Shown piece by piece: positions 38,701 to 47,879 of a stretch of DNA of 64,000 bases. The position numbers and the translations under genes are program-made. Below the pieces are notes generated by a model. The model ran no database searches and had not been told where the DNA came from. It saw nothing but the letters and a program-made list of their open reading frames with translations. Position 1 is the first letter of the stretch, and each line of letters opens with the position of its first letter. The DNA is from a virus (taxonomy: Duplodnaviria > Caudoviricetes): the IMG/VR virus record IMGVR_UViG_3300012956_000016, positions 1 to 64,000 of that record. One strand, 5' to 3'.

Positions 38701-41440
38701 AGAAAACTTTGCTGGTATATCAGGTCTTACTCCTGCAGAAAGTATGGTGATCTCAGATCTTTTTGATATTATCAAATCAGGTAATAAACTATCAAAAGAA
38801 GATAAAGAAACCTTTACTACTTTAATGAAGAAAAAAGATGAGTTAGGTCTTAACAAATTTGAAAAGACTGAGTTGTTTAGTTTGTTCGCTGAGCTTAAAG
38901 AGTTGCAACGTAAAGAAGCAACTGATTACTACTTAGATATTGCTAATAACTACTTAGCTAAACTTAACACTGATAAGCTTGAAGATCTTACCGGTTCAAG
39001 AGTATTGACTAAAGCTAGTTCTGACTTCTTACTTAAAGAAGATGTTATCAAAGATTTATCTCAACAAAGTCCTGAGTTCGAAGCTTGGTTTAATAAGAAC
39101 CATATCCGCAAGAACTACTATAACAAAATAACTCAACGTAACGAAGACAAGTGGGAACGATTATACATTTGGAATGTTATCCGTCCTAATGACTCTAAGT
39201 TCTTAGAGAAAACTGATATCAAAGATAGTAATGGTCAACACGTAGAAGAATACACTGGTTTACCAACTATGAAATATTATGCTCGTTTGGTTAAGCCTGA
39301 ATACAGAAACCAAAGAATCGTTGGGGTAACTGTAGATAACCGTGGACAATGGTTACCTAAGACTGTTGCTCAAGGGGCTCTTGATGAAAGATATCGTAAT
39401 GAAGCATATCATGATCTTCAAACTAAAGACCCTAAGATGTTTAATATCTTGGTTAACTTAACTGAACAACATCTTAAGAGTCAAGAGGGACTTGGTAGTA
39501 GGAGTAAGTTGTATCTCGATATGCCAAGATTTAGAAAATCTAGTTTAGAGATGATACAAACTCAAAACATAGCAGCTGAGAAAATGGGTACATTAACTCT
39601 ATATGCTAAAAGAGTTAAAGAGTTTTTCAAGAGTGCTAAGGATGACAGTGAATCTGGGTTTAACTACAAAGATGAGTTTAACTTAGTTCGTGCTGATATG
39701 TTTGATGATGAGATAAGCACCATTCCTATTGCAGGTCTATATGACATTGATCTTGATGAGGTATCAACTGATATCACAGAGAGTATGATGAGATATATGT
39801 TATCTGCAGAAAGACAAAAGAAACTAGTTGAGATCAATCCTGTTGCACAAGCATTGAAAAATGTGGTAAATGATCCTAATAACAAGATCAAGCAAATGGA
39901 TCGAGTTAATCAGTTCAACTTTATCAACAGAGGTATTGTTACTTATCTTAATAAGAAAGGTAAATATGTTCGTCAAACTGCAGTTAATAACTTCATCGAA
40001 AGAGAGTTCGAAGGTCAAACCCAAACAGGTTTTGCTAAGGACACTCCTTGGATTAATAACACAGCTAGTTTATTATTCAAACGTGCTTCATTTGGTTTCT
40101 TCGCATTGAACATTCCTTCAGCTTTAAAGAATACCATGAGTGCTAAGTTCCAGGGAATGATTGAAGCAGCTGCTGGTGAACATATGACAATGAAGTCTTA
40201 TACCAAAGGTGAAGCTTGGGCCTTTCAAACTATGGGAACTATGAGTTTCGAAGTATATGAGAAAGCATCTAAGAGTCACAACTTACAGTTAGTGGATGTA
40301 TTTGATCCGGTTCAAGGTAGATTTGAAGAGAAATTTGGAGAGTCTATGTCAAGAAGTGTTGCTAAAGATACTGCTAACTTATCGTGGTTATATAACTTCC
40401 GTAAGTGGACAGAGTTACAAGCAAGTATGCAAACCTTTGCTGGTATACTTTATCATAAAAAAGTAAAACAAAACGGTAAAGAAATTAGCTACATGGATGC
40501 TTGGGAAACTAAAGATGGTAAGATACAACTTAAAGAAGGTATAGATCCTACCTGGGGTATTACATATAATGCTGAAGGTGAGATACAAGTAGGTGCTGAA
40601 TTTAAAAAAGCAAAGAATCAGATCCAGCAAATCATGAATAACTTGAATGGTGCTTACTCTAAGTTTGATCAACCAGAAGCTCAACGTTATGTAGGTTTCA
40701 GGTTCTTATCTTTCTTACGTCGTTACTTTACAACTATGGCCGTAAATCGCTGGGGATTCTCTGGTACTGCAGCTCATCCTATGGCAAGATTAAACCCAGG
40801 TATGGGAGATACTTCTGAAGGATGGTATGTTACTACTCTTAAAACTATGACAAGAACTGTAGCTACAGGCGGTAAATATTTAGGGTATATGACTCCTCAA
40901 GAGAAAAGAGCTTTCATCAAAGTTGTAACTGAGGTAGGAAGTCTTATCTTAATCAATGCTTTAATGGCTCCATTGTTTGGATGGGATCCAGATGATGAAG
41001 ACAAATATGCTAAGTTACGCGAGAAGTCAGGACCATTACCTTTCCCATTTGTATCAGCAAATGAACCTGAGTTTAAGTTAAATGGTTTCATGGAGAACCA
41101 TGCTCTTATGTTAATGATGAATATCCGTGCAGAAAACGAGCAGTTCATTCCTTTCCCTAATATGGGTATGGATGATTACTCTGGTATGTTGGATATGAAG
41201 TCTGTAGCTTTTGGTCCTACACTTGATACATATAAACAAGTATTCGAAGATGCTTTGAACATGGCTCAAGAGAAAGATGCTGCTTACTACAAACGTAGAG
41301 TTGGTCCATACGAATGGCAACAACAAGAGGCTGCTAAGATCTGGGCACATATGGCTAAGACAATCGGTTTAACAGGAGGATCAATAGATCCAGCAACAGC
41401 TGTTAAGAATTTCCAATCAGTACAAGCAAGAGCTAAATAA
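35732..41440 (+). CDS. Giant virion protein with zincin-like HExxH domain and long helical C-terminal region
   Basis: HEYGH at 36431-36445 with downstream EE at 36593; 1902 aa; follows the RNAP gene. Confidence 0.65.
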   Translation: MNICPNTNTPEWKALEHAVGRYEAMRDFMEHNGEIRTPEEVIQKIEARNDEYADIVAQREAEEDKIKNLDPLQAFKQALKIVKKELSTRERASINSRVRSINQKLGTSFYIKFKPVGQADLWTWEIMDMAAGGRTAQLTAFFRDESLNDIAEQIMGSEDMTVVSTDQARSVEIATKLCEELKAQFGIDYNVVTAEQATEITKDAINPWNGESAFFIGDTVYFVGSNLTTGKVLHEYGHPLLRSISRSNPVLFGNLFQKLAGQSEGQFIINQVKQLYPEISEDDNFFKEECLVRSFAKDAENKLTGQTSSEGFAKFLKDFLYAIKQMLRKVFGQGIDVSNLDSSTTIDELADMLIKGKKFVITTEQVSDTDIAAYVRDQQSYIDDLMKVDPSELQALTNRGFDIASKHIDVVLKNKNYSEMVNILADEFNRGDLQEIRKNLSAYKTELHDKTEKLGKDIDYTKNQVSSLVNTLFRLDTMAEKIRLHMEDISKQPDNIDNLHKAYYYDYLLKYWTQFIHEAKQNIDKHDIHSDSGVARLVSSIDRSFTRSKKLTTDMYREGVKDILYQELKPMSETIDSKYNNIIKGLKEKNAPQSIISKWTKEYEALKLSPEKIEKLLRGELGDAGAFNSFFEGYLYSNDPVIGGFALYVKNQMNDVLVKAQANYNNFANKMAPLLKEVGYNPTNIGELGKKVGFIDTIGRRDEEGNLVEKKVWTLLNPFKSYRFKQDETRHNIELAQRKFSDTNSEEDRQAVMNLIAENKKHLRDFFNQEYVPEFYERQALLEVDEIGKEASYERDRIFEQMRLLSEPATSEMDVFGISEQIDELWREYRQLHSLLDLNGDKKTGKEADIAQRLRQYREESRKFYEFKERTGVFQNALLSFEQELVDKGYSKDSQEFDVLRSEWLKKNTRIVIKEEFYERRNDIFDRIQQITSKLPDTEKKKVDFTEAWQDILDAVSGFRDDDGQPIGSDMSEGRIEVVKKRQEEINKAQENFAGISGLTPAESMVISDLFDIIKSGNKLSKEDKETFTTLMKKKDELGLNKFEKTELFSLFAELKELQRKEATDYYLDIANNYLAKLNTDKLEDLTGSRVLTKASSDFLLKEDVIKDLSQQSPEFEAWFNKNHIRKNYYNKITQRNEDKWERLYIWNVIRPNDSKFLEKTDIKDSNGQHVEEYTGLPTMKYYARLVKPEYRNQRIVGVTVDNRGQWLPKTVAQGALDERYRNEAYHDLQTKDPKMFNILVNLTEQHLKSQEGLGSRSKLYLDMPRFRKSSLEMIQTQNIAAEKMGTLTLYAKRVKEFFKSAKDDSESGFNYKDEFNLVRADMFDDEISTIPIAGLYDIDLDEVSTDITESMMRYMLSAERQKKLVEINPVAQALKNVVNDPNNKIKQMDRVNQFNFINRGIVTYLNKKGKYVRQTAVNNFIEREFEGQTQTGFAKDTPWINNTASLLFKRASFGFFALNIPSALKNTMSAKFQGMIEAAAGEHMTMKSYTKGEAWAFQTMGTMSFEVYEKASKSHNLQLVDVFDPVQGRFEEKFGESMSRSVAKDTANLSWLYNFRKWTELQASMQTFAGILYHKKVKQNGKEISYMDAWETKDGKIQLKEGIDPTWGITYNAEGEIQVGAEFKKAKNQIQQIMNNLNGAYSKFDQPEAQRYVGFRFLSFLRRYFTTMAVNRWGFSGTAAHPMARLNPGMGDTSEGWYVTTLKTMTRTVATGGKYLGYMTPQEKRAFIKVVTEVGSLILINALMAPLFGWDPDDEDKYAKLREKSGPLPFPFVSANEPEFKLNGFMENHALMLMMNIRAENEQFIPFPNMGMDDYSGMLDMKSVAFGPTLDTYKQVFEDALNMAQEKDAAYYKRRVGPYEWQQQEAAKIWAHMAKTIGLTGGSIDPATAVKNFQSVQARAK

Positions 41441-42099
41441 TGAAAGTATTAGTATTAGTGCTTAGTCACTTAGAAGATGGTTATGAACCATTTATAGACT
41501 TACAAAAACAAACCTGGGATAGTATACCTGTCCCGGGTGTTGAAACATTCTTCTACTACGGAGGTAAAACCCGACCAGGTAAAACCAATGAGTGGGGAAT
41601 AGATTGTGACTCCTCTATCGAGAATAGCTATAATAAGATGATTCTGGCCTTTAAGGAAGCACTTAAGTTAAACTGGGATTATATCTTCAGAACAAATTCA
41701 ACAAGCTATGTGGTCAAATCTGAGCTTCTTAAGATGCATGAAGAGTTACCAGATACAAACATAATAGCTGGTCAACTAGGACCTTATCCTTATTGCTTTA
41801 AAAAGACTGGTCATGTACAAGGATTTTCTATGATGATCTCCCGAGATGTTGTAGAGAAGCTGGTTGCTAATTATCCTGAAGCTGATGGTATCGATGCCCC
41901 GGTTATGAGTAGAATACTCTTCGATAAGGAAAAGGTTAATATGAACAATGATCATTATCCTCATGGAGTAGAGGAACCAAGTGATGTAGATTTAACTAAT
42001 CCTACACATCTTTACCGCGTAAACAAACATGTAGATCTTCAAGGTAGATACTTATTGTTGGAACAGATACATAAATCTGTTACTCAAACATCTCTCTAG
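41440..42099 (+). CDS. GT-A fold glycosyltransferase (GT31/galactosyltransferase-like)
   Basis: KVLVLVLS...QTW...FFYYGG...KMILAFK...DYIFRTNSTSY...GFSMMISRDVV pattern. Confidence 0.55.
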   Translation: MKVLVLVLSHLEDGYEPFIDLQKQTWDSIPVPGVETFFYYGGKTRPGKTNEWGIDCDSSIENSYNKMILAFKEALKLNWDYIFRTNSTSYVVKSELLKMHEELPDTNIIAGQLGPYPYCFKKTGHVQGFSMMISRDVVEKLVANYPEADGIDAPVMSRILFDKEKVNMNNDHYPHGVEEPSDVDLTNPTHLYRVNKHVDLQGRYLLLEQIHKSVTQTSL

Positions 42100-42105
42100 C
42101 CGACG

Positions 42106-42135
42106 AAAAAAAAGGGGGACTTAAAGTCCCTCCTT
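42106..42135 (-). terminator. Terminator at the convergence of the two genome arms (probably bidirectional)
   Basis: Minus strand AAGGAGGGACT-TTA-AGTCCCCCTTTTTTT; plus strand ends in CCTTATT. Confidence 0.8.
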
Positions 42136-42303
42136 ATTAAAAGTTGGTAAGTCCTCGAGTCTACCCTCGATTTCCGTTAACTCAGAAACATTGATCTTAA
42201 AAGTCTTATTACTTCCCTCATAATGGGAAGCTAAAACATAAGTTTGATCTATACTGAGATAGCTCAGATAAATTTTCGTACCATTATAAACTGCTGTCTT
42301 CAT
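42121..42303 (-). CDS. Hypothetical protein (60 aa)
   Basis: Start overlaps the upstream stop (TAATG); its own stop lies in the terminator loop. Confidence 0.55.
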   Translation of the reverse strand: MKTAVYNGTKIYLSYLSIDQTYVLASHYEGSNKTFKINVSELTEIEGRLEDLPTFNKEGL

Positions 42304-42557
42304 TAGTTAATCTTTTTAAGTCCTTCAATCACAATATGTATTTCCTTTTTCAAGTCTGTAGGTAACGAGTCAAACTCTTCTTTAGGAAGAAGAGATAAAG
42401 TAAGTTCCTTATTGACATAAAGAACTGTAGTACATCCTGAACAAACTGTGATATCTCCCTCAATAGGGATAGCACCAGAACCATCTATAGCTAATGCCAT
42501 ATCAAGAATCTTCTTACAATTTGGACAAGAACAAGGTACTGTTTTTACACTGTTCAT
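42303..42557 (-). CDS. Small Zn-finger protein
   Basis: CPNC...CSGC pairs; translationally coupled on both sides. Confidence 0.6.
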   Translation of the reverse strand: MNSVKTVPCSCPNCKKILDMALAIDGSGAIPIEGDITVCSGCTTVLYVNKELTLSLLPKEEFDSLPTDLKKEIHIVIEGLKKIN

Positions 42558-42940
42558 TAGCTTTGTATAATGGGATGAATATTTGGTTTCGAATAATTAG
42601 GTCCCTTTAAAATCTTACCATCCTCACGAAAGATAGGATTTCCATCTTCACCTAACTTACTCATGTTACTTCTTTGTATTTCGGAAAACACCTCTTCAAT
42701 CTTGTGTTGTAGTCCATGTTTCAGGATCGTACCGCATAAAATATAAAGCTGATCGCCTAGCGCATCGGCAACTTCAACTAAATCCCCCTTCTCACAGGCT
42801 TCTAAATATTCGTCATTCTCTTCTTTCATAAGAGCATATCGAAGTGAGCTTTCTTCCGGGTTTAATAACTGAGGTGTTGTTCCGTCTACAATGTTGAACT
42901 TCTTATGAAATTCAGCAACATCACTTAACTGTTTAATCAT
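42557..42940 (-). CDS. MazG-like all-alpha NTP pyrophosphohydrolase (dUTPase-like, PRA-PH/DR2231 type)
   Basis: VAEFHKKF...LMKEENDEYLEA...EVADALGDQLYI...EIQRSNMSKL...DGKILKGPNY. Confidence 0.85.
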   Translation of the reverse strand: MIKQLSDVAEFHKKFNIVDGTTPQLLNPEESSLRYALMKEENDEYLEACEKGDLVEVADALGDQLYILCGTILKHGLQHKIEEVFSEIQRSNMSKLGEDGNPIFREDGKILKGPNYSKPNIHPIIQS

Positions 42941-42964
42941 GTATTTGAGTTTAGGTTAGAATGT

Positions 42965-43003
42965 AAAAATAAGAAGACTTAGTATATTTACCAAGTCTTC
43001 TTA
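42965..43003 (-). terminator. Rho-independent terminator
   Basis: 11-bp inverted repeat TAAGAAGACTT/AAGTCTTCTTA followed by a T-run on the minus strand. Confidence 0.65.
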
Positions 43004-43010
43004 CTATTTT

Positions 43011-43661
43011 TTATTTACCAGCTCCGTTGATATTAACGGCACCAATAGAGGCAGCTTGTGCACGTTGTACACCTGCAGCACGTTCAGCATCTAATGCGTT
43101 TTTCCACATGTCAACTTGTTGAACTAAGAACTCATTTTTACTTTGTAAAGTTTCCAACTCAGCTTTTGCTTTGGCTTCTTTAGTTTCGTTTTGTGAGTTC
43201 AATAAAGCTGTAGCATTATCATGCTCTTTTTTCATCGCTCCAGTTGCTGCAGCTACTGCAGAACTTACTTCAGATTTGATATCGCGATTTACTTTATCAG
43301 CATCAGCTTCTAATTTTGAGTAATCAGCTTTATCAACAGCCACTAATCCTTGACGGTCTAAGATTCCATCAACAACTTTTCTTTCGTTAGCTTTTAACTC
43401 AACTTCTAACTCAACTGTTTTTTGACGACGTTTCTCAGAGAACTCAGTATCAAGTTCTTTGATTTTGTCTTCACGTTGAGCGATGATAGCTTGAGCTTCT
43501 TCAGCTTTGTTTGCTAAATCTTCAACTTTACCCATTGCAGCTCCTAAAGCTGTAATTGATTTTTTGATTTCTGCTGCTGCTGCTCCGATGATTACTTCAG
43601 ATGCTGCTGTACCTTTTTTAGGTGCTGACTTTGGAGACTCCGCTCCTTTTGTTTCTGCCAT
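43011..43661 (-). CDS. Ala/Glu/Lys-rich coiled-coil protein
   Basis: Nearly all-helical heptad composition; last gene of the vWA/AAA unit. Confidence 0.7.
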   Translation of the reverse strand: MAETKGAESPKSAPKKGTAASEVIIGAAAAEIKKSITALGAAMGKVEDLANKAEEAQAIIAQREDKIKELDTEFSEKRRQKTVELEVELKANERKVVDGILDRQGLVAVDKADYSKLEADADKVNRDIKSEVSSAVAAATGAMKKEHDNATALLNSQNETKEAKAKAELETLQSKNEFLVQQVDMWKNALDAERAAGVQRAQAASIGAVNINGAGK

Positions 43662-43701
43662 TTTGTTTTGGTTTTTAGGTTATTTATTTATGAATTGTTT
43701 G

Positions 43702-44250
43702 TTACTTAACAGTATACTTGATACCTTTAACAATGAACCAGTTGATTCCACGAGGATCAACTAATCTTGTACGAGTATCGTAGTCTTTACTACCATCTTT
43801 AGCCTCTTCCATATCGATGAAACTTACACGACCTAAGTTATTAAGTTCACCATTATGACGACCAACCATAGTACGAGCTTCCCCAACTAAGGCACTTTTA
43901 ACTGCTTTCTTAACTGCATTTTCAACTGCTTTCGGAGTTGAACCTTCATATGCAGTCATGATTTCTTTAACCACATCAGCTTCTTTAACTTGTTTGTTAA
44001 AGTCTACTGTGATAGCCATACCTGAACTAGCTAAGAACTTAGCTGATGCTTCAGTTTTATTTAAGGTTACTTCTTTCAAGTGTTGACTTGCAGAGTGTAA
44101 CTGACCTTCATAATAGTTTTTATCTACTACGATGTATGCACCAGCATCGTTTTTTAACTGGATCTTACCGTCTTGGAATTTTTCCACGGTGTAAAACTGA
44201 GTTTCAGAAAGGACCTCGCCTTTTTTGATTTTTTTGAATGATGTTGCCAT
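43702..44250 (-). CDS. Hypothetical protein (start re-called to 44250)
   Basis: MATSFKK start follows the upstream TAA (TAACATG); the track's longer start lies inside the upstream gene. Confidence 0.65.
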   Translation of the reverse strand: MATSFKKIKKGEVLSETQFYTVEKFQDGKIQLKNDAGAYIVVDKNYYEGQLHSASQHLKEVTLNKTEASAKFLASSGMAITVDFNKQVKEADVVKEIMTAYEGSTPKAVENAVKKAVKSALVGEARTMVGRHNGELNNLGRVSFIDMEEAKDGSKDYDTRTRLVDPRGINWFIVKGIKYTVK

Positions 44251-44251
44251 G

Positions 44252-45697
44252 TTAAAAATAGGTTTTTTGTTCTCCATCTTTGTTAAAAGATGAAAGTGAG
44301 TTATTATAGATAGCGATGTATTTACCTTTGTTAGCAATACATAAACGTTTAAGCTCTTCGTTTGCTTGTCTTAATGAGATAGCATTTGTTTTATATTCAA
44401 AACCATCTGTACCAACACTGTCATTACCATCATTGATGGCAAGGATTTCAGGTTGATCTTTAGACAAGTCAATGTCAAGATTACAAAGTTTATGACGAAC
44501 ATTGATTTCGTAGTTGATAAAGTTAACCATATCTCCTAACTCCGTTCCTCCACCACTTGGTCGTGTAGAAAAAGAAGCCCAGAACTCAAGAGCTGTCTTA
44601 CGATCATATATATGCTTGAATTTCATGTAACTAGTGTCACTTAAAAAGTAACTGAAAAAGATTTCAGCTTCCTCTTTCATAGCATATTTAAGACGATCAA
44701 TAAGTAAAGCTACTACCCATTCTTGTTTGTCTTGTTCGTTCATACTTCCAGAGTAATCAAGTAACATGATGATCTTTTGTTTGTGTTCTGTACGATCTAC
44801 AGGAACTCTTACAATTAGATCTTTTGTTAAAAGCTTGGTAGGAAAGTTTGGCATAAGTCGTTGGTACAACTCGACATTGTTCATTTGAGAGTAATCTCTC
44901 ATCATACGGTGAGCTGTGATATGGGAGTTAGCTACTACTTTTTCTTCAACTTCTTTCTGGATTTTAAATTCAGAACCAAAGTTTTTGATCATAGCGATCT
45001 TATTAAGGATCTCAAACTTACGACTTTTACCGAACATGTTTTCATCAAGTAACTCATTGTATATAGGGTCACCATACACTTCAGAGTTAACATTGATTTC
45101 TTCAGATCTTTCTAAATCTTTAGGAGTCATTTTTCCTTTAGGTCCTCCTGCTTTACGTTCCAATTCTTTGAAAACAAATAATGCTTTCTCAAGTGGAGAC
45201 ATACCAGGTACAAATCTATCCCAAAGATCATTATACATCTGCTGTTTAGCTGCGATCATCTCTATCTCCTTCTCATTTAATGCACTAAGATCATCATACT
45301 TAGGATCAAAATAGTCTTTTTCTTCTAGCATTTTATAGTAAAAGAAGCGTGACATTTCTTTAATCAAATCTCTGTTATCCTTAGTATCTGCATTCCAATC
45401 AAGTTTGGATGAGATATCAGTACTTTTAGGAGTAAAATAACTCGGGTGGTTTTTAATAACCAAGTCCTTATCATCATCTTCTCCTACTGTACTAAATCCT
45501 CCAAAATTACCCCAGCTAAAGTTACCTCCGTAGTAGTCTTCATAGTAGTCATCATAACCACCATATCCACCACCGTATCCGTAACCATAGTTTCCACCTC
45601 CATAACGACCATTACCACCACCATTCTTTCCACCTTTTCCTGTGTAGGTTGTAGTTCTGTGACTATCAAATCCTACATTCTTAGAATGATAGCCCAT
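44252..45697 (-). CDS. vWA-domain protein (ViaA/CoxE-like) with Gly/Tyr-rich N-terminal low-complexity region (start re-called to 45697)
   Basis: IIMLLDYSGSM MIDAS; SGGGTE; AINDG; adjacent to a MoxR-type ATPase. Confidence 0.75.
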   Translation of the reverse strand: MGYHSKNVGFDSHRTTTYTGKGGKNGGGNGRYGGGNYGYGYGGGYGGYDDYYEDYYGGNFSWGNFGGFSTVGEDDDKDLVIKNHPSYFTPKSTDISSKLDWNADTKDNRDLIKEMSRFFYYKMLEEKDYFDPKYDDLSALNEKEIEMIAAKQQMYNDLWDRFVPGMSPLEKALFVFKELERKAGGPKGKMTPKDLERSEEINVNSEVYGDPIYNELLDENMFGKSRKFEILNKIAMIKNFGSEFKIQKEVEEKVVANSHITAHRMMRDYSQMNNVELYQRLMPNFPTKLLTKDLIVRVPVDRTEHKQKIIMLLDYSGSMNEQDKQEWVVALLIDRLKYAMKEEAEIFFSYFLSDTSYMKFKHIYDRKTALEFWASFSTRPSGGGTELGDMVNFINYEINVRHKLCNLDIDLSKDQPEILAINDGNDSVGTDGFEYKTNAISLRQANEELKRLCIANKGKYIAIYNNSLSSFNKDGEQKTYF

Positions 45698-46886
45698 CAG
45701 GTTGACTAATTTGTGGTTCTTCAACAGGACCATCATTAATAGGACTTCCACCGAAACTTTCTGCTGCATCGCTGATATTAACTAAAAGATCCAAGGTTTT
45801 CTTGTTCTTCTCGTAGATAAGAGTGAATTTTTTGATAGCATCTGTTGTAGTAGAAATAAGAGAATCGTCAGCTTTAATAGCTTTCAAAGCTGTGATCTCA
45901 ATATATAAGCTTTTGTTTAACTTAGCAGCTTCTTGTAAGCCAGTAGTTAAGTTCATATCAGCAGTATCAAACTTGCGAATGATGTCTAACATATGAGCAG
46001 TTTTCTTCTTGATCTCCAAGATACTGTTAAACTTAGTGATAGAAGTTTTTAACAAATCAGGTTTACCACTGAAGTCAGCAATAAAGTTTAATGCTTCAGG
46101 ACCTGACTCTGCAATGATAGAAGCTGCAGTTAATGCGATACGAGGACTGATAGTTGTACCACCAGTATGGTATGCTTCTAATAAGTAAGTTAACATAGGA
46201 TCTGCTCCACCAAACTTAGCCATGAAAAGCTTCTCGTAGTTATGACGAGTATGTTCTTTCCAAACAACTTTTAACTCTAAAGGAAAACGTTCCATTAAAG
46301 CTTTCAATGAATTGTTCTTAGAGAACTCTTCACGAGTTTTGTTAGTACAACAAATAATGTTTTTTGTTTTGATTGGGTATACTTGTCCTCCATTTCTGAA
46401 AACACCTGAGCTCAAGATATCTTTTAGTTGTTCCAAGATATAATCTGGAGCATCAAATAACTCTTCAAAGATAACGTATTCAAAGTTCATGAATGAATTA
46501 TCAACTAAGTATTCTATTTTACCAGTAGCATTGAAAGTTAAGATATCTAAACCACCGAATAAACGATCAGTTGTCATACCTGAACCCATAGTAATTACAT
46601 AAGGACTGATACCTTTAACACCAAGGTAATCTAAAGCATACTCTGATTTACCATATCCACCTGGTCCATAAAGAATAACATTTTTCTCTGTGTTGAAAGA
46701 AACGTCAAGTACTTTCTTTACATCATCCATGAATACATAAGCATCCAAAGGATTAGGCTTTTCTAAATCACCTAACTCATCAGTAGATTTTACTGATGCA
46801 TTTACATTTTGTTCTCCGGCAGTTTCGCCAGTTGTGTTCTCGTTGTTTACAGTAGACCCTGCTACTGTTGTGTTCTCTTCGTTCAT
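45681..46886 (-). CDS. MoxR/RavA-like AAA+ ATPase
   Basis: Walker A GPGGYGKS, Walker B VIFEE, sensor-1 CCTN, LMERFPL arginine finger. Confidence 0.8.
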   Translation of the reverse strand: MNEENTTVAGSTVNNENTTGETAGEQNVNASVKSTDELGDLEKPNPLDAYVFMDDVKKVLDVSFNTEKNVILYGPGGYGKSEYALDYLGVKGISPYVITMGSGMTTDRLFGGLDILTFNATGKIEYLVDNSFMNFEYVIFEELFDAPDYILEQLKDILSSGVFRNGGQVYPIKTKNIICCTNKTREEFSKNNSLKALMERFPLELKVVWKEHTRHNYEKLFMAKFGGADPMLTYLLEAYHTGGTTISPRIALTAASIIAESGPEALNFIADFSGKPDLLKTSITKFNSILEIKKKTAHMLDIIRKFDTADMNLTTGLQEAAKLNKSLYIEITALKAIKADDSLISTTTDAIKKFTLIYEKNKKTLDLLVNISDAAESFGGSPINDGPVEEPQISQPDGLSF

Positions 46887-46906
46887 ATTAATTTAAGGGT
46901 ATTGTG

Positions 46907-47851
46907 TTATAATAAAGTCTCCATACTCTTGTAAGCTCCTATTAATTCTTCGTCTCCTGAAGCAAATGCAGCAGCTGATTTAGCAGCAAAAGCAGATTTA
47001 CTTGAACGAACATAGGTACTAGCCTCAACAATATTAGATACTTTACTAGCATTTGTAAAATCAATACATACACCACCTGTCATTTCAGATAGTTGTTTGT
47101 ACCAAGGTGTGCTATGGATTCTTAAAGTATCGTATTGTATGCCCATCTTAGCAGCTGTTTTAGCTTCTTCTTTCCAATCGATTTGAGCATTTTGTACTTT
47201 ACCAGCAAGACTATAACCTACTTTATGTGGATTATCATCTCCGATAAATAATACTGATTTGATACCATCTCTCCAGTCAGTTTCTTCGTTAATCTTTTTG
47301 ATAACAAGTTCATAGAACTCATCTCCATCTCCACCAGAAGTGTTTTTAGCATGTTGTATGAATTTTACCAAATCGTTCTGGTTATCAGTTAACTCGATAG
47401 TTTGGTAAGCTTTACCAAATACTTTAGATGATTCCATATCACAGTAATCACCGAAAGCTACTATCTTAACTTTTAAGTTAGGAACGTTCTTAAATAAGTT
47501 AACCACTACTTCTTGTACATGCTTTCTTACAGCTGCGATGTATGATCCCATACTTCCTGTAGTATCAAATGCGATAACATAGTCAGTTGTTTTAGTTGTA
47601 ATATCTTCAACTTTTGTAGAGCTAGTTTTAGTAGCAGTTGTTGCTACAACCTTTGTAGGTACAACTTTCTTAGCAGCCTTTTTAGGTGTCACTTTTTTTG
47701 CAGTTGCTTTTTTAGTAGAAGGAGTTTCTTCTGAGAAAGCTTTCAAGAATCCAGCTTCAGTTTTGTAGCCATATTTTAGCAACATTTTTGCTTTACGTTC
47801 TTTGTTAGCCCTTTTATAGGACTGAAGAACAGTTGGTGTGGTCTTTGCCAT
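46907..47851 (-). CDS. vWA-domain protein with Lys/Ala/Thr-rich N-terminal tail (start re-called to 47851)
   Basis: YVIAFDTTGSMG MIDAS, FGDYCD, GGDGDEFYE, LFIGDD. Confidence 0.8.
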   Translation of the reverse strand: MAKTTPTVLQSYKRANKERKAKMLLKYGYKTEAGFLKAFSEETPSTKKATAKKVTPKKAAKKVVPTKVVATTATKTSSTKVEDITTKTTDYVIAFDTTGSMGSYIAAVRKHVQEVVVNLFKNVPNLKVKIVAFGDYCDMESSKVFGKAYQTIELTDNQNDLVKFIQHAKNTSGGDGDEFYELVIKKINEETDWRDGIKSVLFIGDDNPHKVGYSLAGKVQNAQIDWKEEAKTAAKMGIQYDTLRIHSTPWYKQLSEMTGGVCIDFTNASKVSNIVEASTYVRSSKSAFAAKSAAAFASGDEELIGAYKSMETLL

Positions 47852-47879
47852 TTTAAATAAGTTTGAGATATTCATAGAT

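Noticed and set aside
2988-41350. Many 60-180 aa antisense or alternative-frame ORFs inside long genes (e.g. 4323-4757, 21312-21851, 25871-26164, 40415-40684)
   Set aside because: Fully nested in well-supported genes, no motifs; expected shadow ORFs from biased codon usage
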